Notes: generated by a model not told the origin, from the letters alone. A stretch of DNA of 64,000 nt from an uncultured Lachnospiraceae bacterium (GCA_946533395.1 CAMNBU010000005.1:17653-81652); one strand, 5' to 3'; numbered from the stretch's first letter, positions 34,801-43,436 are shown. Made by a program: numbers and translations.

Positions 34801-36413
34801 CCTGCAAGCTCTGCGGCGAAAAGAAACAGGATAAGATATCCGGTGGCGGCGAGCACGTATGGGGCGATCCGGTGAAGACCGCAGGAAGCTGCAGCAAGGA
34901 GGGCGTACTCACTTACACATGCTCAGTCTGCGGCGAGACAAAGACTCAGACCCTCAGTATGGACAAGGACAATCACCTGCATCTTGGCGCGGCAGAGACC
35001 GTAACTCCCGCTACCTGCGAGACACCGGGACAGTCAAAACGCAAGTGCTCCGACTGCGGAGAGTATGTCTACGAGACCATACCCGCAAAGGACCACGACT
35101 GGGGCACACCGACCTACACATGGTCGGATGATTACAGCACCGTTACCGCAACAGTTACATGTAAGAACGACGCAAACCACAAGAAGACAGAGACTGTCAC
35201 AACTGACAGGGCACTGATAGGCGCGGCATCCTGCGAGTCGGGCGGCAAGGCAAGATTTACGACCAAGCCGTTTACGACTACCGCACTGTTCACGCAGCAG
35301 ACAAAGGAGGCGGATATACCCGCCACCGGACACACCTGGGGCGAGCCGAGCTACACATGGTCCGCGGATTACAGCAAGGTGACGGCTACACGCACCTGTA
35401 CGGTATCGGGCTGCACCGGCAAGGAGACAGAGACTGTAAATACGACCTCTGCCGTCACCAAACCCGCCACCGCGGCATACAAGGGCGAGACGACCTACAC
35501 CGCTACATTTACAAATCCCGCATTTACGGTCCAGACGAAGACAGTCGCGAATATCGACTCGACAGACCCGAACTGGAACGCTGTAAATGTGACATGGGCA
35601 GCCGATTACAGCACAGCTACCGCGACGCGAACCAGCGCAGACGGAACGCTCACGCAGACAGAGACCAAGGCATCCACATCGTCTGTCACGGCTGCGGGAT
35701 GTGAGACCGACGGAAAGACAGTCTACACGGTAACATTTGCCAACACTGATTTCGGAACAGTTACAAAGGAAGTAGCGATACCGAAGACAGGACATGTTTG
35801 GCAGTATTCGAGGACGATAACTGAGCCTCAGCCGGATATCACATGGTCAGACCCCGATACCGGTCGCTGCAACGGATGGATTGCAGGGACCGATGAATAT
35901 ACCTGTTCTAATGGTTGCGGCAAGACAAAGACAGAGCCTAAGAAAGTTTCTATAGGGCTTGCAGGCAACGGAAATGAAGGCTGGGTAAGTGTAAACGGTA
36001 CAAATGTGACCATTGATCTGGGAGCTTTTGTAGCCGCCAATGCCGAGCATACAGACAACCTTACCATGGAGACATTCTTCAGAGAAGACCTCAGTATGAC
36101 CACCATTGACTCGCTTTTCAATCTGATGGTATCGTTATATCCTTACAGTTCTGAATACGCAGGCTGGTATACTAATTCAAATGCCTCGGTGAATGATGCG
36201 ACAAGAGCTGCTCTGTATGGTTTCTACGTTATCGACGAGGGAAGCCTGGTCTATGATGATCCGACACAGGCAACACTCGATGTAACGACATACAGCGGCT
36301 CAAAAGAGCTCACTGTGAAGATGAAATTCGTACCGAACGATACAAACACCTACGAGACTAAAAACATCACAGTCAAATTCATATTTTCGAAAACATACTG
36401 GAATGTGAATTGA
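28854..36413 (+). CDS. Giant (2,519 aa) N-terminally anchored surface protein with List-Bact-type repeats, a His/Cys3 repeat array and an unknown C-terminal domain
   Basis: N-terminal signal anchor (IIIAAVAIAAAAIIGLIVFLA). GYTFVSW...MP...VYPVF-type repeats. Eight ~41-aa H..C..CxxC repeats and three ~78-aa repeats. No LPXTG, SLH or choline-binding motif was seen. Confidence 0.8.
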   Translation: MKANRKPRVPIIIAAVAIAAAAIIGLIVFLASGGKKDDKNIAQETTQGSETDPSKENDPGGNKPGEGDEDGAFTVSFAVRETASAYERENAVLPASVAVAPGTQVGQLDIPECPNMMFLAYSYDAAGIKKAQDTDRIDGNITLYPCFATMDGMGNTAGFDYVSKTDVDCDYAIDIITYGLTEDEIRSIFSVERASMGGDPMGYDLISIREKDTVEWLTSSGIREETAKAVWTCIKQKETEGAQLTQLLNALTSSEEHFDELSQTQITDIVTRFAPEEITGSDYEKAPMIDDDMQAVLEALDIDIATVTPEALMERYGLSEDDSLQRFWREDVGLTVEQVLFLEDIVYARKEIRGDKWQIVPRGGAWEGGEIYSIIASDTSRARFIFNDEPTGREVVKYNITTRLEEVENISIDPRVIHLNADEVEGVEYLGLLSLEMDENGNITADENTGSGVMTYNGSEKINAGDTVAVNRGAYDENGLTSGEVAYLLIKEVQGGGKYAYEYAKIENVLFIADNIPVKDDGSIGDGTITIAAADLDFSKADFSSFGLDEKTKLDAGDYLTFYTGSLGGADYKVTGHAVVDSVSASGESYTVTYSSITEEQLTAPELLLYTELPQMEFELTQQNEDALREQIEKNIMQSGIVEETEDFFTALLTDGSLDFDSYEHGDELRRMVINTDGEDLTLADLRLLADGGKVEVSDVHVTFLAGINLQHFSGKGLRGEAAVTFTISIAIGDAGSLEIQPAIVFEQEFLLTPSVKVVRNKNKLGFTSSLDITASFSAGTYSGLGVTVTAQTKAPKNGNADKDWSEMVGGFIDNGNADSLEARQKAAQLLIKGGDFLQKQSDKQKKKNQGQGFDSTLTNDDPNKTGKDSKQDYVSPGLGGDLPDKYSRMLSNDAKYIKLVDVDLGSFDMPIDPAGIIHVGLKINFNISMKINAMIGAGVTYENAKCYSYHFRAKIWGGGDEYSESNLSSSTNRATVTDIKESTFRADFYAFGMVGVRMGVSIDLRVGVFSTDLDSVGVVASAGAYAELYGFLYVYYEKKASQPAKSGASGSLLFEVGIYTDISVKVQIGAGKASKSWSLYSSKLPFVQLGCVEFPLDFIIKPTDSKLQVKIPDGQNTVKLDSSIFEMKLMALNSGKVVNKNMDSNAVSEDDATPFTATIITTGNKEDTNGLTLSTSRSWKQFNEKHFIVECFDLTSENGERIEGASSFQYLPGSNEIFICPLDNNKNDIWGEVVFTYRNNAFGFNTEKLQRTVKVHWTGVSCTAMVEYYLVDDSGQQLAGTGAVSGFDAIRCYVDIDEGLCNKFPGYGLLHLGYPDEDDLRDQYYTASNAYSAARRHANALSSIAATARVGDYVDVEKELAAEEAQREANRLFEVVAAVGKYYELYYENNEKAVAEGKGTTYFTMRGNNTIVRIYYKKLNRPTTWTIYDDEGEWKCSTESFPIGDGKYTNKYSDQELLQNRPILEFMPSVLEDYLGDHYSIKWYTVDCADYGWWSYALLWEASANAQQMLRDGTFYTDSRVKPVDKDTLYDGTNVAVIGVATPDRFTVRWLIEDEAFAVTQVKYGGRISVPDGEPKKDGYTFVSWISEDGEDVDGTLRMPGHDIEVYPVFAGDPHKVTWIYGKKRVETEVTTGSSIYDCVPEELLSEGFVIWRTQEAEGQGEIDPDYDMPNSDLTLYGRPGLGFSSITWMEDDDIIRRDFVEIGTKPVAPGLTAREGLDLVWMINDEVMQSNYLASREDIFAFAFWHKHEWSEETSSVAATCSAPGLHGTKCSVCGLLTEVEEIPIDPNAHKWVEYTAKEATCCEKGVIGRHCAWCDAIDESYAEAVDIDPTNHTGRQEVRDAEEPTCKAGYTGDTYCADCGELLFTGEAIPATGAHTKTHIINYKEPTCTVIGYSGDEVCDNCGICVRKGYGLPTKSHVGVVDGSEDATCVSPGKVIWKCENCDYTWTVEYSPIDPEAHDWDDGVITKEANCGQDGIMEYTCKLCGEKKQDKISGGGEHVWGDPVKTAGSCSKEGVLTYTCSVCGETKTQTLSMDKDNHLHLGAAETVTPATCETPGQSKRKCSDCGEYVYETIPAKDHDWGTPTYTWSDDYSTVTATVTCKNDANHKKTETVTTDRALIGAASCESGGKARFTTKPFTTTALFTQQTKEADIPATGHTWGEPSYTWSADYSKVTATRTCTVSGCTGKETETVNTTSAVTKPATAAYKGETTYTATFTNPAFTVQTKTVANIDSTDPNWNAVNVTWAADYSTATATRTSADGTLTQTETKASTSSVTAAGCETDGKTVYTVTFANTDFGTVTKEVAIPKTGHVWQYSRTITEPQPDITWSDPDTGRCNGWIAGTDEYTCSNGCGKTKTEPKKVSIGLAGNGNEGWVSVNGTNVTIDLGAFVAANAEHTDNLTMETFFREDLSMTTIDSLFNLMVSLYPYSSEYAGWYTNSNASVNDATRAALYGFYVIDEGSLVYDDPTQATLDVTTYSGSKELTVKMKFVPNDTNTYETKNITVKFIFSKTYWNVN

Positions 36414-36456
36414 TAAAGGCACAATAGCCGATCATTGAAAACGGCTTAAAACACTT

Positions 36457-36482
36457 AAGGCCCGGGCATGCGCCCGGGCCTT
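36457..36482. terminator. Bidirectional terminator between the giant gene and the convergent GNAT gene
   Basis: AAGGCCCGGGC-ATGC-GCCCGGGCCTT. Confidence 0.6.
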
Positions 36483-36492
36483 CTCATACTCT

Positions 36493-37239
36493 CTATACAG
36501 TTTTTATAAATCTTCTGGCTCCCGGCCTGTCCTCTGTCTCGCTAAAGCCAAGCCTCCCTGCAAGCCCCGCCGATGCTTCATTATCCGCGTCGCACCTTAT
36601 GATAAAGTGGCTTGCGCCAAGCTCCTCCTTCGCGTATTCAAGCAGCGCCCTGCACGATGCGGCTCCGAGCCCCCGCCTTCTGTGGCTGCTCATCACACAG
36701 TAGCCCAGACCTACGCCGTCCTCCTGCGGGGTGAGGCTTAAATACCCGATCATTTCCCGCGTGTCTTTTTTGAATATGCCCCAGGTTCCCATATCGAAGA
36801 CAGCGAAGCTCTCTCTCATGGAATCCGCAAATATCCGTCTTGAGGTCTCGAATTTCTCCCCGTCTGCCGAAAGTGCCTTCCGCGCGCTCTCCCTCGCGTA
36901 CCCCGCCGGCCGCCCCTCGAAGAGACCGTCGCCGCCGTCGGCGGTGATGCGCAGCCAGTCCTCATAGTCCTCTCCCGTAAGTTCCCTAAGATACCACTGC
37001 TCTCCCGCGGCCTCGTACTCACACGCCACATGTCCCATGCCGCAGAACCTGTCCCACACCTTCTGAAGATAATCGTCATTTAACTGCCCGAAATCCTCCG
37101 GGCAGCCCACATAGGCCGCCGCCCCCGGAAGCATCAGGCTCGTTATAACGCACGAGCCGGAGGAAAGCTCACGCGAAAACACCTCCGGCTCATCTGTAAA
37201 TACTATCTCACCTGCGGGAAGCTTTTCCCTGCGGATCAT
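36493..37239 (-). CDS. GNAT-family N-acetyltransferase with an extra N-terminal domain
   Basis: C-terminal acetyl-CoA-binding-like HRRRGLGAASCRALLEYA...CDADNEAS. Confidence 0.65.
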   Translation of the reverse strand: MIRREKLPAGEIVFTDEPEVFSRELSSGSCVITSLMLPGAAAYVGCPEDFGQLNDDYLQKVWDRFCGMGHVACEYEAAGEQWYLRELTGEDYEDWLRITADGGDGLFEGRPAGYARESARKALSADGEKFETSRRIFADSMRESFAVFDMGTWGIFKKDTREMIGYLSLTPQEDGVGLGYCVMSSHRRRGLGAASCRALLEYAKEELGASHFIIRCDADNEASAGLAGRLGFSETEDRPGARRFIKTV

Positions 37240-37754
37240 ACCTTCTCAGGCTCGGGGTAGTCCACGCCGAAGGTCTCGACCGTGACTGTCTCCATCACCT
37301 GATCCGTAAGCGGTCTGTCATCTCTGTTCGTGGGAGTGGTCGCAATGGCATTGACGACCTCCTGGCCCTCGATCAGCCTGCCGAAAGCGGCATACTGGCC
37401 ATCGAGATAGGGATAATCCACATGCATGATGAAGAACTGACTTCCGGCCGAGTTCGGATTCATTGCACGCGCCATGGAGATGACGCCCGCGGTATGTCTG
37501 AGATCGTTTGTGAAGCCGTTGCCCGAGAACTCACCCTTTATAGAGTAGCCCGGTCCGCCGGTTCCGATACCGTCAGGGTCGCCGCCCTGGATCATAAAGC
37601 CGTTTATGCAGCGGTGAAAGATCAGGCCGTCATAAAAGCCCTTTTTCACAAGGCTGATAAAGTTGTTCACGGTGTTCGGCGCCTTCTCGGGATAAAGCTC
37701 GAGCTTCATCACGCCGCCGTTCTTCATTTTGATGGTTACGATGGGGTTTGACAT
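37236..37754 (-). CDS. ppiB: Cyclophilin-type peptidyl-prolyl cis-trans isomerase
   Basis: FHRCINGFMIQGGDP and SAGSQFFI motifs. Confidence 0.85.
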   Translation of the reverse strand: MSNPIVTIKMKNGGVMKLELYPEKAPNTVNNFISLVKKGFYDGLIFHRCINGFMIQGGDPDGIGTGGPGYSIKGEFSGNGFTNDLRHTAGVISMARAMNPNSAGSQFFIMHVDYPYLDGQYAAFGRLIEGQEVVNAIATTPTNRDDRPLTDQVMETVTVETFGVDYPEPEKV

Positions 37755-37787
37755 AGTTTTTCCTTTCTGCTTTACTATTATGCATCT

Positions 37788-39896
37788 TTATACTTCAAAG
37801 AGTAACTGTCCGTACGTGGGCACCGGCCAATAGGTCTTGTCCACGATCATCTCCAGACTGTCGATTGGGTCTCGCAACGCCTTCATGGCGGGGATCACAT
37901 CGTCCCTGTAGGCCTTCGCGCGAAGCGCGGCATCCTCTATGGTGCGGCTCGATACGGTCACTTCCTCGAGCTTCTCTACCGCTCTGCCGGCTTCATTGAC
38001 CAGATCGTTTATCTTTATAAGGAGCTCGGTCTGTATGGTCGTATTCGCGCTGGAGCACGCCGCCTTCACATCGTTGATGGAGCGCGCAAGCCTTCCCGCG
38101 TAGCGGATGACGGCGGGTATGAGCATCTTCGAAGCCATATCCACCATGGTGTTGGCCTCGATATTCACCGTCTTCGCGTAGCTCTCGTATGCTATCTCGG
38201 AGCGCGATAGAAGCTCGGGCTCCGTAAATATCTTAAACTTCTCGAAGAGCTTCACGGTGCTCTCGGTCGTGAGCGCCGGAACTGCGTCCACCATGGTGGG
38301 ACGGTTCGGAAGTCCGCGCCTTGCGGCCTCCTCGCGCCACTCCTTCGAGTAACCGTCTCCGTTGAATATGACCCTGCCATGCTCACGGAAGAGCTTCGCT
38401 ATGTACTCATTGGCTGCCGCGGTTATATCCTCTGAACCCTCGAGAGCGTCCGCCGCCCTGCAGAAAGCCTCAGCCACGATGGCATTCAGTACCACGTTCG
38501 CCTCGGAGATGGAGTCGTTTGAACCCACAGCGCGGAACTCGAACTTATTGCCCGTAAATGCGAACGGAGAGGTGCGGTTCCTGTCAGTCGCGTCCTTCAC
38601 GAAGTCCGGAAGAGTCGATACTCCCGAGCGGAACACATCCCCTGTGATCGATGTGGTCGCACTTCCGCTCCTTATGTACTGCTCAACGATATCCTCCAGC
38701 TGATCGCCGAGGAATACGCTTATGATCGCGGGCGGCGCCTCATCGGCTCCGAGCCTTAAGTCATTGCCCGCATCGGCCGCAGACTCGCGAAGAAGATCCG
38801 CGTGCTTGTCCACCGCCTCGATAATGCAGGCGAGCACCAGCATGAAGCAGGTGTTCTTGTGAGGGTGCCTGCCGGGGTTTAACAGATTGATGCCGTCGTC
38901 ACTGACCAGGGACCAGTTGTTGTGTTTTCCGCTTCCGTTCACTCCCGCAAAGGGCTTCTCGTGCAGCAGGCAGCGCAGATTGTGGCGCTTCGCCATGCGC
39001 TTTAAGGTCTCCATGATCAGCTGGTTGTGATCCGCTGCCACGTTCGCAACGGCGTAGATGGGTGCGAGCTCGTGCTGCGCGGGAGCCACCTCGTTGTGCT
39101 CCGTCTTGGACGATACGCCCATCCTCCACAGGTCCTCGTCGACATCCTTCATGAATGCGCCTATACGCTCGCGGATCTTGCCGAAGTAGTGGTCGTCCAT
39201 CTCCTGGCCCTTCGGGGGCTTTGCTCCGAACAGGGTCCTGCCCGTAAATATCAGGTCGGGTCTCTGGAGATACTTCGCCCTGTCGATGAGGAAATACTCC
39301 TGCTCCGCGCCTACCGAGGGCATCACCCGCTTCGAGGTGGTGTTGCCGAAGAGGCGCAGTATCCTCAGAGCCTGCTCATTTATCGCCTCCATGGAGCGAA
39401 GAAGGGGTGTCTTCTTATCGAGGGCCTCGCCCGTGTAGGAACAGAAGGCCGTGGGGATACAGAGTATGGGGCCCGCGGAGCTCGGCTTTATGAAGGCCGG
39501 CGAGGTGCAGTCCCACGCGGTATATCCTCTGGCCTCAAATGTTGCCCTGAGTCCTCCCGAGGGGAATGACGAGCCGTCCGTCTCACCCTTTATGAGCTCC
39601 TTGCCGGAGAATTCCATGATGATCTTTCCCTCGGCGTCGGGTGCGCTTATAAACGAATCGTGCTTCTCGGCTGTCGTCCCTGTGAGGGGCTGGAACCAGT
39701 GAGTGTAGTGGGTCGCGCCCTTCTCCACCGCCCAGTTCTTCATCGCCTCCGCTATCTCCGCGGCGGCGTCCTTCGTCAGCTCCACGCCCTCGTCTATTGT
39801 CCTGTGAAGAGCCTCATAGGCGGATGCGGAGAGCCTCTCCTTCATCTGAGCCTCCGAAAACACATTTATTCCAAAATAATCTGCTACGCTTGGCAT
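37788..39896 (-). CDS. glnN: Glutamine synthetase type III
   Basis: About 700 aa. The N-terminus [15 protein letters not shown]...[12 protein letters not shown] is typical of GSIII. Confidence 0.85.
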   Translation of the reverse strand: MPSVADYFGINVFSEAQMKERLSASAYEALHRTIDEGVELTKDAAAEIAEAMKNWAVEKGATHYTHWFQPLTGTTAEKHDSFISAPDAEGKIIMEFSGKELIKGETDGSSFPSGGLRATFEARGYTAWDCTSPAFIKPSSAGPILCIPTAFCSYTGEALDKKTPLLRSMEAINEQALRILRLFGNTTSKRVMPSVGAEQEYFLIDRAKYLQRPDLIFTGRTLFGAKPPKGQEMDDHYFGKIRERIGAFMKDVDEDLWRMGVSSKTEHNEVAPAQHELAPIYAVANVAADHNQLIMETLKRMAKRHNLRCLLHEKPFAGVNGSGKHNNWSLVSDDGINLLNPGRHPHKNTCFMLVLACIIEAVDKHADLLRESAADAGNDLRLGADEAPPAIISVFLGDQLEDIVEQYIRSGSATTSITGDVFRSGVSTLPDFVKDATDRNRTSPFAFTGNKFEFRAVGSNDSISEANVVLNAIVAEAFCRAADALEGSEDITAAANEYIAKLFREHGRVIFNGDGYSKEWREEAARRGLPNRPTMVDAVPALTTESTVKLFEKFKIFTEPELLSRSEIAYESYAKTVNIEANTMVDMASKMLIPAVIRYAGRLARSINDVKAACSSANTTIQTELLIKINDLVNEAGRAVEKLEEVTVSSRTIEDAALRAKAYRDDVIPAMKALRDPIDSLEMIVDKTYWPVPTYGQLLFEV

Positions 39897-39912
39897 AATA
39901 TCTCCAGTCTTC

Positions 39913-40326
39913 CTACAGCTTTTCTCTGAGCTTTGCCGCGATGGCCTCGGCCTCGCCGTCCTTATAGCTCTTCTGGATCCAGTTGGCCACCATGGGAGCC
40001 TCTCCCTTATACCTCGGTATGATGTGCGTGTGGAAATGCATCACACTCTGGCCGGCAGCCTCACCCGTGTTGATGACTGTGTTGAAGCCGTCCGCACCGA
40101 GCGCCTCCATCTGAGCCTTTCCTATGCGCGCCGCAAGGGGCAGCACCTTTGCCGCCGTCTCCTGAGGCAGCTCGGTGATATCTCCCGCGTGCTTCTTCGG
40201 TATGATAAGAACATGTCCCGGGTTCGCGGGTGCGATATCAAATACCGCCTTGAAATCATCGTCCTCGTAAACAGTGGTCGAGGGGATCTGACCGTTTGCG
40301 ATCATGCAGAATATACAGTTATCCAT
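39913..40326 (-). CDS. HIT-family (histidine triad) nucleotide hydrolase
   Basis: CIFC near the N-terminus and an HFHTHIIP triad. Confidence 0.85.
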   Translation of the reverse strand: MDNCIFCMIANGQIPSTTVYEDDDFKAVFDIAPANPGHVLIIPKKHAGDITELPQETAAKVLPLAARIGKAQMEALGADGFNTVINTGEAAGQSVMHFHTHIIPRYKGEAPMVANWIQKSYKDGEAEAIAAKLREKL

Positions 40327-41362
40327 TTAAAGCCTCCCTGTGTTTTTTGTTGGATCTGGTCAAAAATGTAAATAATATACCGAACAGAAAGCCGCAGACC
40401 AGTCCTCCGATATGCGCGGCATTGTCCACGTTCTGCGACCCGAAGCCCTGAAACGCGATAAGCCCCACAAATATCAGCCATCTGAGGATCGAGAAGTTCC
40501 TGTTGCCCTTTCTGTACTTTATCATCAGCCACGCGAGGCCTCCGGCCACACCGCAGATAGCTCCGCTCGCGCCCGCGCTCACGGCTAAGAGGTCTCCCCT
40601 GTAGAAATACCAGATCGTACTCACGGCGCTGCTCGAGAGCGCGCAGAGCACATAAAAGGCTGCGTACGCGACACTTCCGAACGCCTTCTCCACCGGTCTT
40701 CCGAGATACAAAAGAGCGACCATATTGTAGAGCAGATGCGCAACTCCGAAATGCAAAAAGGCGCACGTAAAGAGCCGCCAGTACTCCTTCAGATAGACCA
40801 CTGCCGCAGAATTCTTAGCGCCGAAGCTGTATAAAAACCACGCGTCCTTTGTATTTCCCATGCACTCCGCCACGATGAACAGCAGGATGTTGATGATGAT
40901 AAGCGCGGTGTTCACCGGTGTGAAGAGCTCCTTCGCCTGCGAGAGCATGATGGATATCGCGCTGGTGCTTAAGAATTCATCGATCACCGGCTTCAGATCG
41001 TAGTAATCCGGCCTCATATCGTCGAATATCATCAGGCGTCTGGCGCTTCGCTGGATCATCCAATAACTGCACCTTGCTCCCTCGCACTTTTTCCTGGTCC
41101 TGGTGGGTTCCTCCGTTACGATAACGGCATGCCCCTCAACGACCGCAGAGTATTTGGGATACTTGTCCGCAAGGATGTGAGCCACGGTATAGAGCACATC
41201 GTCCAGCATGCCCGGCTTTAAAAAATCCTCCGTGTCGTCTATCAGACACGCAAAATAGAGGCCCTGTGCCGTGACCTTAAAGCTCACCCCCAGTTCCTTC
41301 TCCCTGACTGCCAGCGCCAGATAACCCTTCGTGCTAAGAAATTGTGACAGCTTGGTTATCAT
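40319..41362 (-). CDS. Rhomboid-family intramembrane serine protease with a ~130-aa cytoplasmic N-terminal domain
   Basis: HLLYNM, GASGAICG (catalytic Ser) and AHIGGL (catalytic His) motifs. Confidence 0.75.
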   Translation of the reverse strand: MITKLSQFLSTKGYLALAVREKELGVSFKVTAQGLYFACLIDDTEDFLKPGMLDDVLYTVAHILADKYPKYSAVVEGHAVIVTEEPTRTRKKCEGARCSYWMIQRSARRLMIFDDMRPDYYDLKPVIDEFLSTSAISIMLSQAKELFTPVNTALIIINILLFIVAECMGNTKDAWFLYSFGAKNSAAVVYLKEYWRLFTCAFLHFGVAHLLYNMVALLYLGRPVEKAFGSVAYAAFYVLCALSSSAVSTIWYFYRGDLLAVSAGASGAICGVAGGLAWLMIKYRKGNRNFSILRWLIFVGLIAFQGFGSQNVDNAAHIGGLVCGFLFGILFTFLTRSNKKHREALNG

Positions 41363-41435
41363 TTCATACTCCGCGTTACTTTGCTGACTGGTATTTTATA
41401 TCTTCTGTGCCGTAAAATCAAGCACTTTATTGCCG

Positions 41436-42512
41436 TCAGTACACCTTGAGCATGTACCTCCTGTCGGCAAATGCCACAACTCCCCCGTCGGGAAGCTCTC
41501 TTCTCTGTCTTCCGTTTATCCGAACGCCCTCCACGAAGGTGCCGTTCCTTGAGTTCATGTCCTGCACATAGAGCCTTCCTCCCTCGGTGATCAGCTTTGC
41601 GTGAAGACGGCTCACGGATTCTGCCTGTATCACCACGTCCACCATATCCTGCTGCTTACCGACCAGAAAGGGGCTTGCGGATACTATGAAATCCTCCCCG
41701 CCGTTCTCATCCATGGATGAAAGGACGAACCTCGGCTCCGGCGCCGCGCCCCTTAACTCCTCCGTGGTGAAGCGTTTTCCCTCCGGCTGCGGCACCATGT
41801 CTATCAGCATACGCGGACTGCCCTCTATGAGCTTTTCTTTAAGCGCAGCCCTGCTCCTGCTCTTAAACAGTCCGAAAAGCCCCCTTTTTGTGTTCTCCTT
41901 CTTCTGCGCAGGCACTTCTTCGTAGCCCGCATCGTCCTCCGGGACCGCTCCCTCAGAATATGCTGTATGTCCGGATACATACTCGGCCATCTTCTCTATA
42001 CCCGCATCCGGTCCTGCCATGGAAAACAGGGTGTATGCCATCTCATTTACTTCCCTGTTCCGGTAATCGATATGGTCCAGTACGAACTTAAGCAGTCCCT
42101 TAAGGTTCTCCTCAAAGCTCTCCCTCTTTCCGGGGTTGTATACAAATGCCTTCGTCTCCACGCCTGGCTCCGTAAATATATATTCGGGTATCAGTACCAA
42201 CCCGTCGCGACCCAGCAGATGGTCGTCCAGAAGAAGCGCACACTCGGCTATGCTCTTTATGAGGGTCTTCACATCCCCCTCATCCATCCTTCTTTTCTCG
42301 AAATAATCCGATATGTCGGTCCAGCCGCTTATATCGTAATCAATTATCTGTTCGTCATCGCGCAGTCTTAAAGACGCCGGAAGCAGCATACCGGGCGCAT
42401 TGTTTTTGAGCATCATGACCTCATGCGCGACACACTCATCACAGGCCAGCCTCATGCTTAAGCAGTTCCTGCCGCCTCTTCTTATATATTCAATCTCCAT
42501 CTTCCGAACCAA
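41436..42512 (-). CDS. FHA-domain protein (last gene of the Tad cluster)
   Basis: C-terminal FLVGK...SRLHAKL...DMNSRNGTFV. The N-terminal domain is uncharacterised. Confidence 0.75.
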   Translation of the reverse strand: MVRKMEIEYIRRGGRNCLSMRLACDECVAHEVMMLKNNAPGMLLPASLRLRDDEQIIDYDISGWTDISDYFEKRRMDEGDVKTLIKSIAECALLLDDHLLGRDGLVLIPEYIFTEPGVETKAFVYNPGKRESFEENLKGLLKFVLDHIDYRNREVNEMAYTLFSMAGPDAGIEKMAEYVSGHTAYSEGAVPEDDAGYEEVPAQKKENTKRGLFGLFKSRSRAALKEKLIEGSPRMLIDMVPQPEGKRFTTEELRGAAPEPRFVLSSMDENGGEDFIVSASPFLVGKQQDMVDVVIQAESVSRLHAKLITEGGRLYVQDMNSRNGTFVEGVRINGRQRRELPDGGVVAFADRRYMLKVY

Positions 42513-42984
42513 GCCCCCTTATGATACCGCCTATCACCCTCACCAGGTCCTCGTTGTCAGGTTCCTTGCGCACACAGCTCCCCTCAAAGGGTATGGCGCG
42601 GCGCAGAAACATATTTATCGCAGCAGGAGCTCGCCACATCCCCTCGTAGCATATGGTCACTCCCAGCGGCGAGATATCCACGGAAAAATCCGGGGTGCAG
42701 CCCCACAGCTCACCCTTCAGATTCGTCTCGAGCCCGTATATGACATCCGCCTCCGCCTCGGAGAGATCATATATGAGCTTTCCCCTTTTTCTCCACAGAT
42801 CCCACTCTATGAGGCCGCTCGCAGGACTCACGCACTGCCCGTAGGCACAGGCCGCCCTGTCCGCAAAAAACACCGCCTCAGCCTGTATCCTGTTCATATC
42901 GCTCAAGAAGCAGGCCGCGCAGAATACGAATACCGAGACGAACACGGCCACCGTGCATACCACACTGGCCTCCACACTGATCAT
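42490..42984 (-). CDS. TadE-like / pseudopilin-like small membrane protein
   Basis: The start is moved to the ATG in an ATGA overlap with the peptidase stop. The N-terminus reads MISVEASVVCTVAVFVSVFVF. Confidence 0.5.
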   Translation of the reverse strand: MISVEASVVCTVAVFVSVFVFCAACFLSDMNRIQAEAVFFADRAACAYGQCVSPASGLIEWDLWRKRGKLIYDLSEAEADVIYGLETNLKGELWGCTPDFSVDISPLGVTICYEGMWRAPAAINMFLRRAIPFEGSCVRKEPDNEDLVRVIGGIIRGLGSEDGD

Positions 42985-43436
42985 GCCGTTATTCCCAGAA
43001 GGAGCGCGGCTCCGGTCAAAAACGGAGCAAACGGAAGACTCCATTTTCTCCCCTTTTTCTTTGCTAACGACCATATACCTCCGATCATCGCCGCGGCAAA
43101 AAGCGCCGCAAGAAGCACACTGTAGCTGTACAGCCCCGCAAACAGTCCCGCTATGACTGTGCAGACTCCGTCCCCGGCACCTACTCCTCCACGGCTTATG
43201 GGACTGATGCAGAGCAAGATCACTCCCGGTATCAGGCCCACAACGGACTGTGAAAGCGGCCTCCCCGAAAGAAGACACACGCCTGCTCCCGCTGCTGCCC
43301 CGGCAGCAAGAAGTGCGACCGGTATCCTTTTATTCTTCACATCAAAAAAAGTGCAGATTCCCAGAAAGCCTGCCAGAAGTAAAAGGCATATCCTGTCACT
43401 CACCGCCCTCTCCCTCCTTCGTCTTTCTCTTTTCAC
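42981..43436 (-). CDS. A24-family prepilin peptidase (CpaA/TadV-like)
   Basis: FFDVKNKRIP (first Asp) and GVGAGDG (second Asp), with about 5 TM helices. Confidence 0.7.
   Translation of the reverse strand: MKRERRRRERAVSDRICLLLLAGFLGICTFFDVKNKRIPVALLAAGAAAGAGVCLLSGRPLSQSVVGLIPGVILLCISPISRGGVGAGDGVCTVIAGLFAGLYSYSVLLAALFAAAMIGGIWSLAKKKGRKWSLPFAPFLTGAALLLGITA

Noticed and set aside
33756-35795. Two long minus-strand ORFs (366 aa and 253 aa) inside the giant gene
   Set aside because: They are Cys/Arg/Gly/Leu-rich mirror frames of the Cys-repeat coding region. Their repeats simply reflect the sense-strand repeats.
42985-43278. Upstream 98 codons of the 262-aa ORF 42490..43278
   Set aside because: They overlap the prepilin peptidase gene in another frame and are Cys/Arg/Ser-rich. 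The downstream ATG in an ATGA stop/start overlap gives a TadE-like hydrophobic N-terminus.
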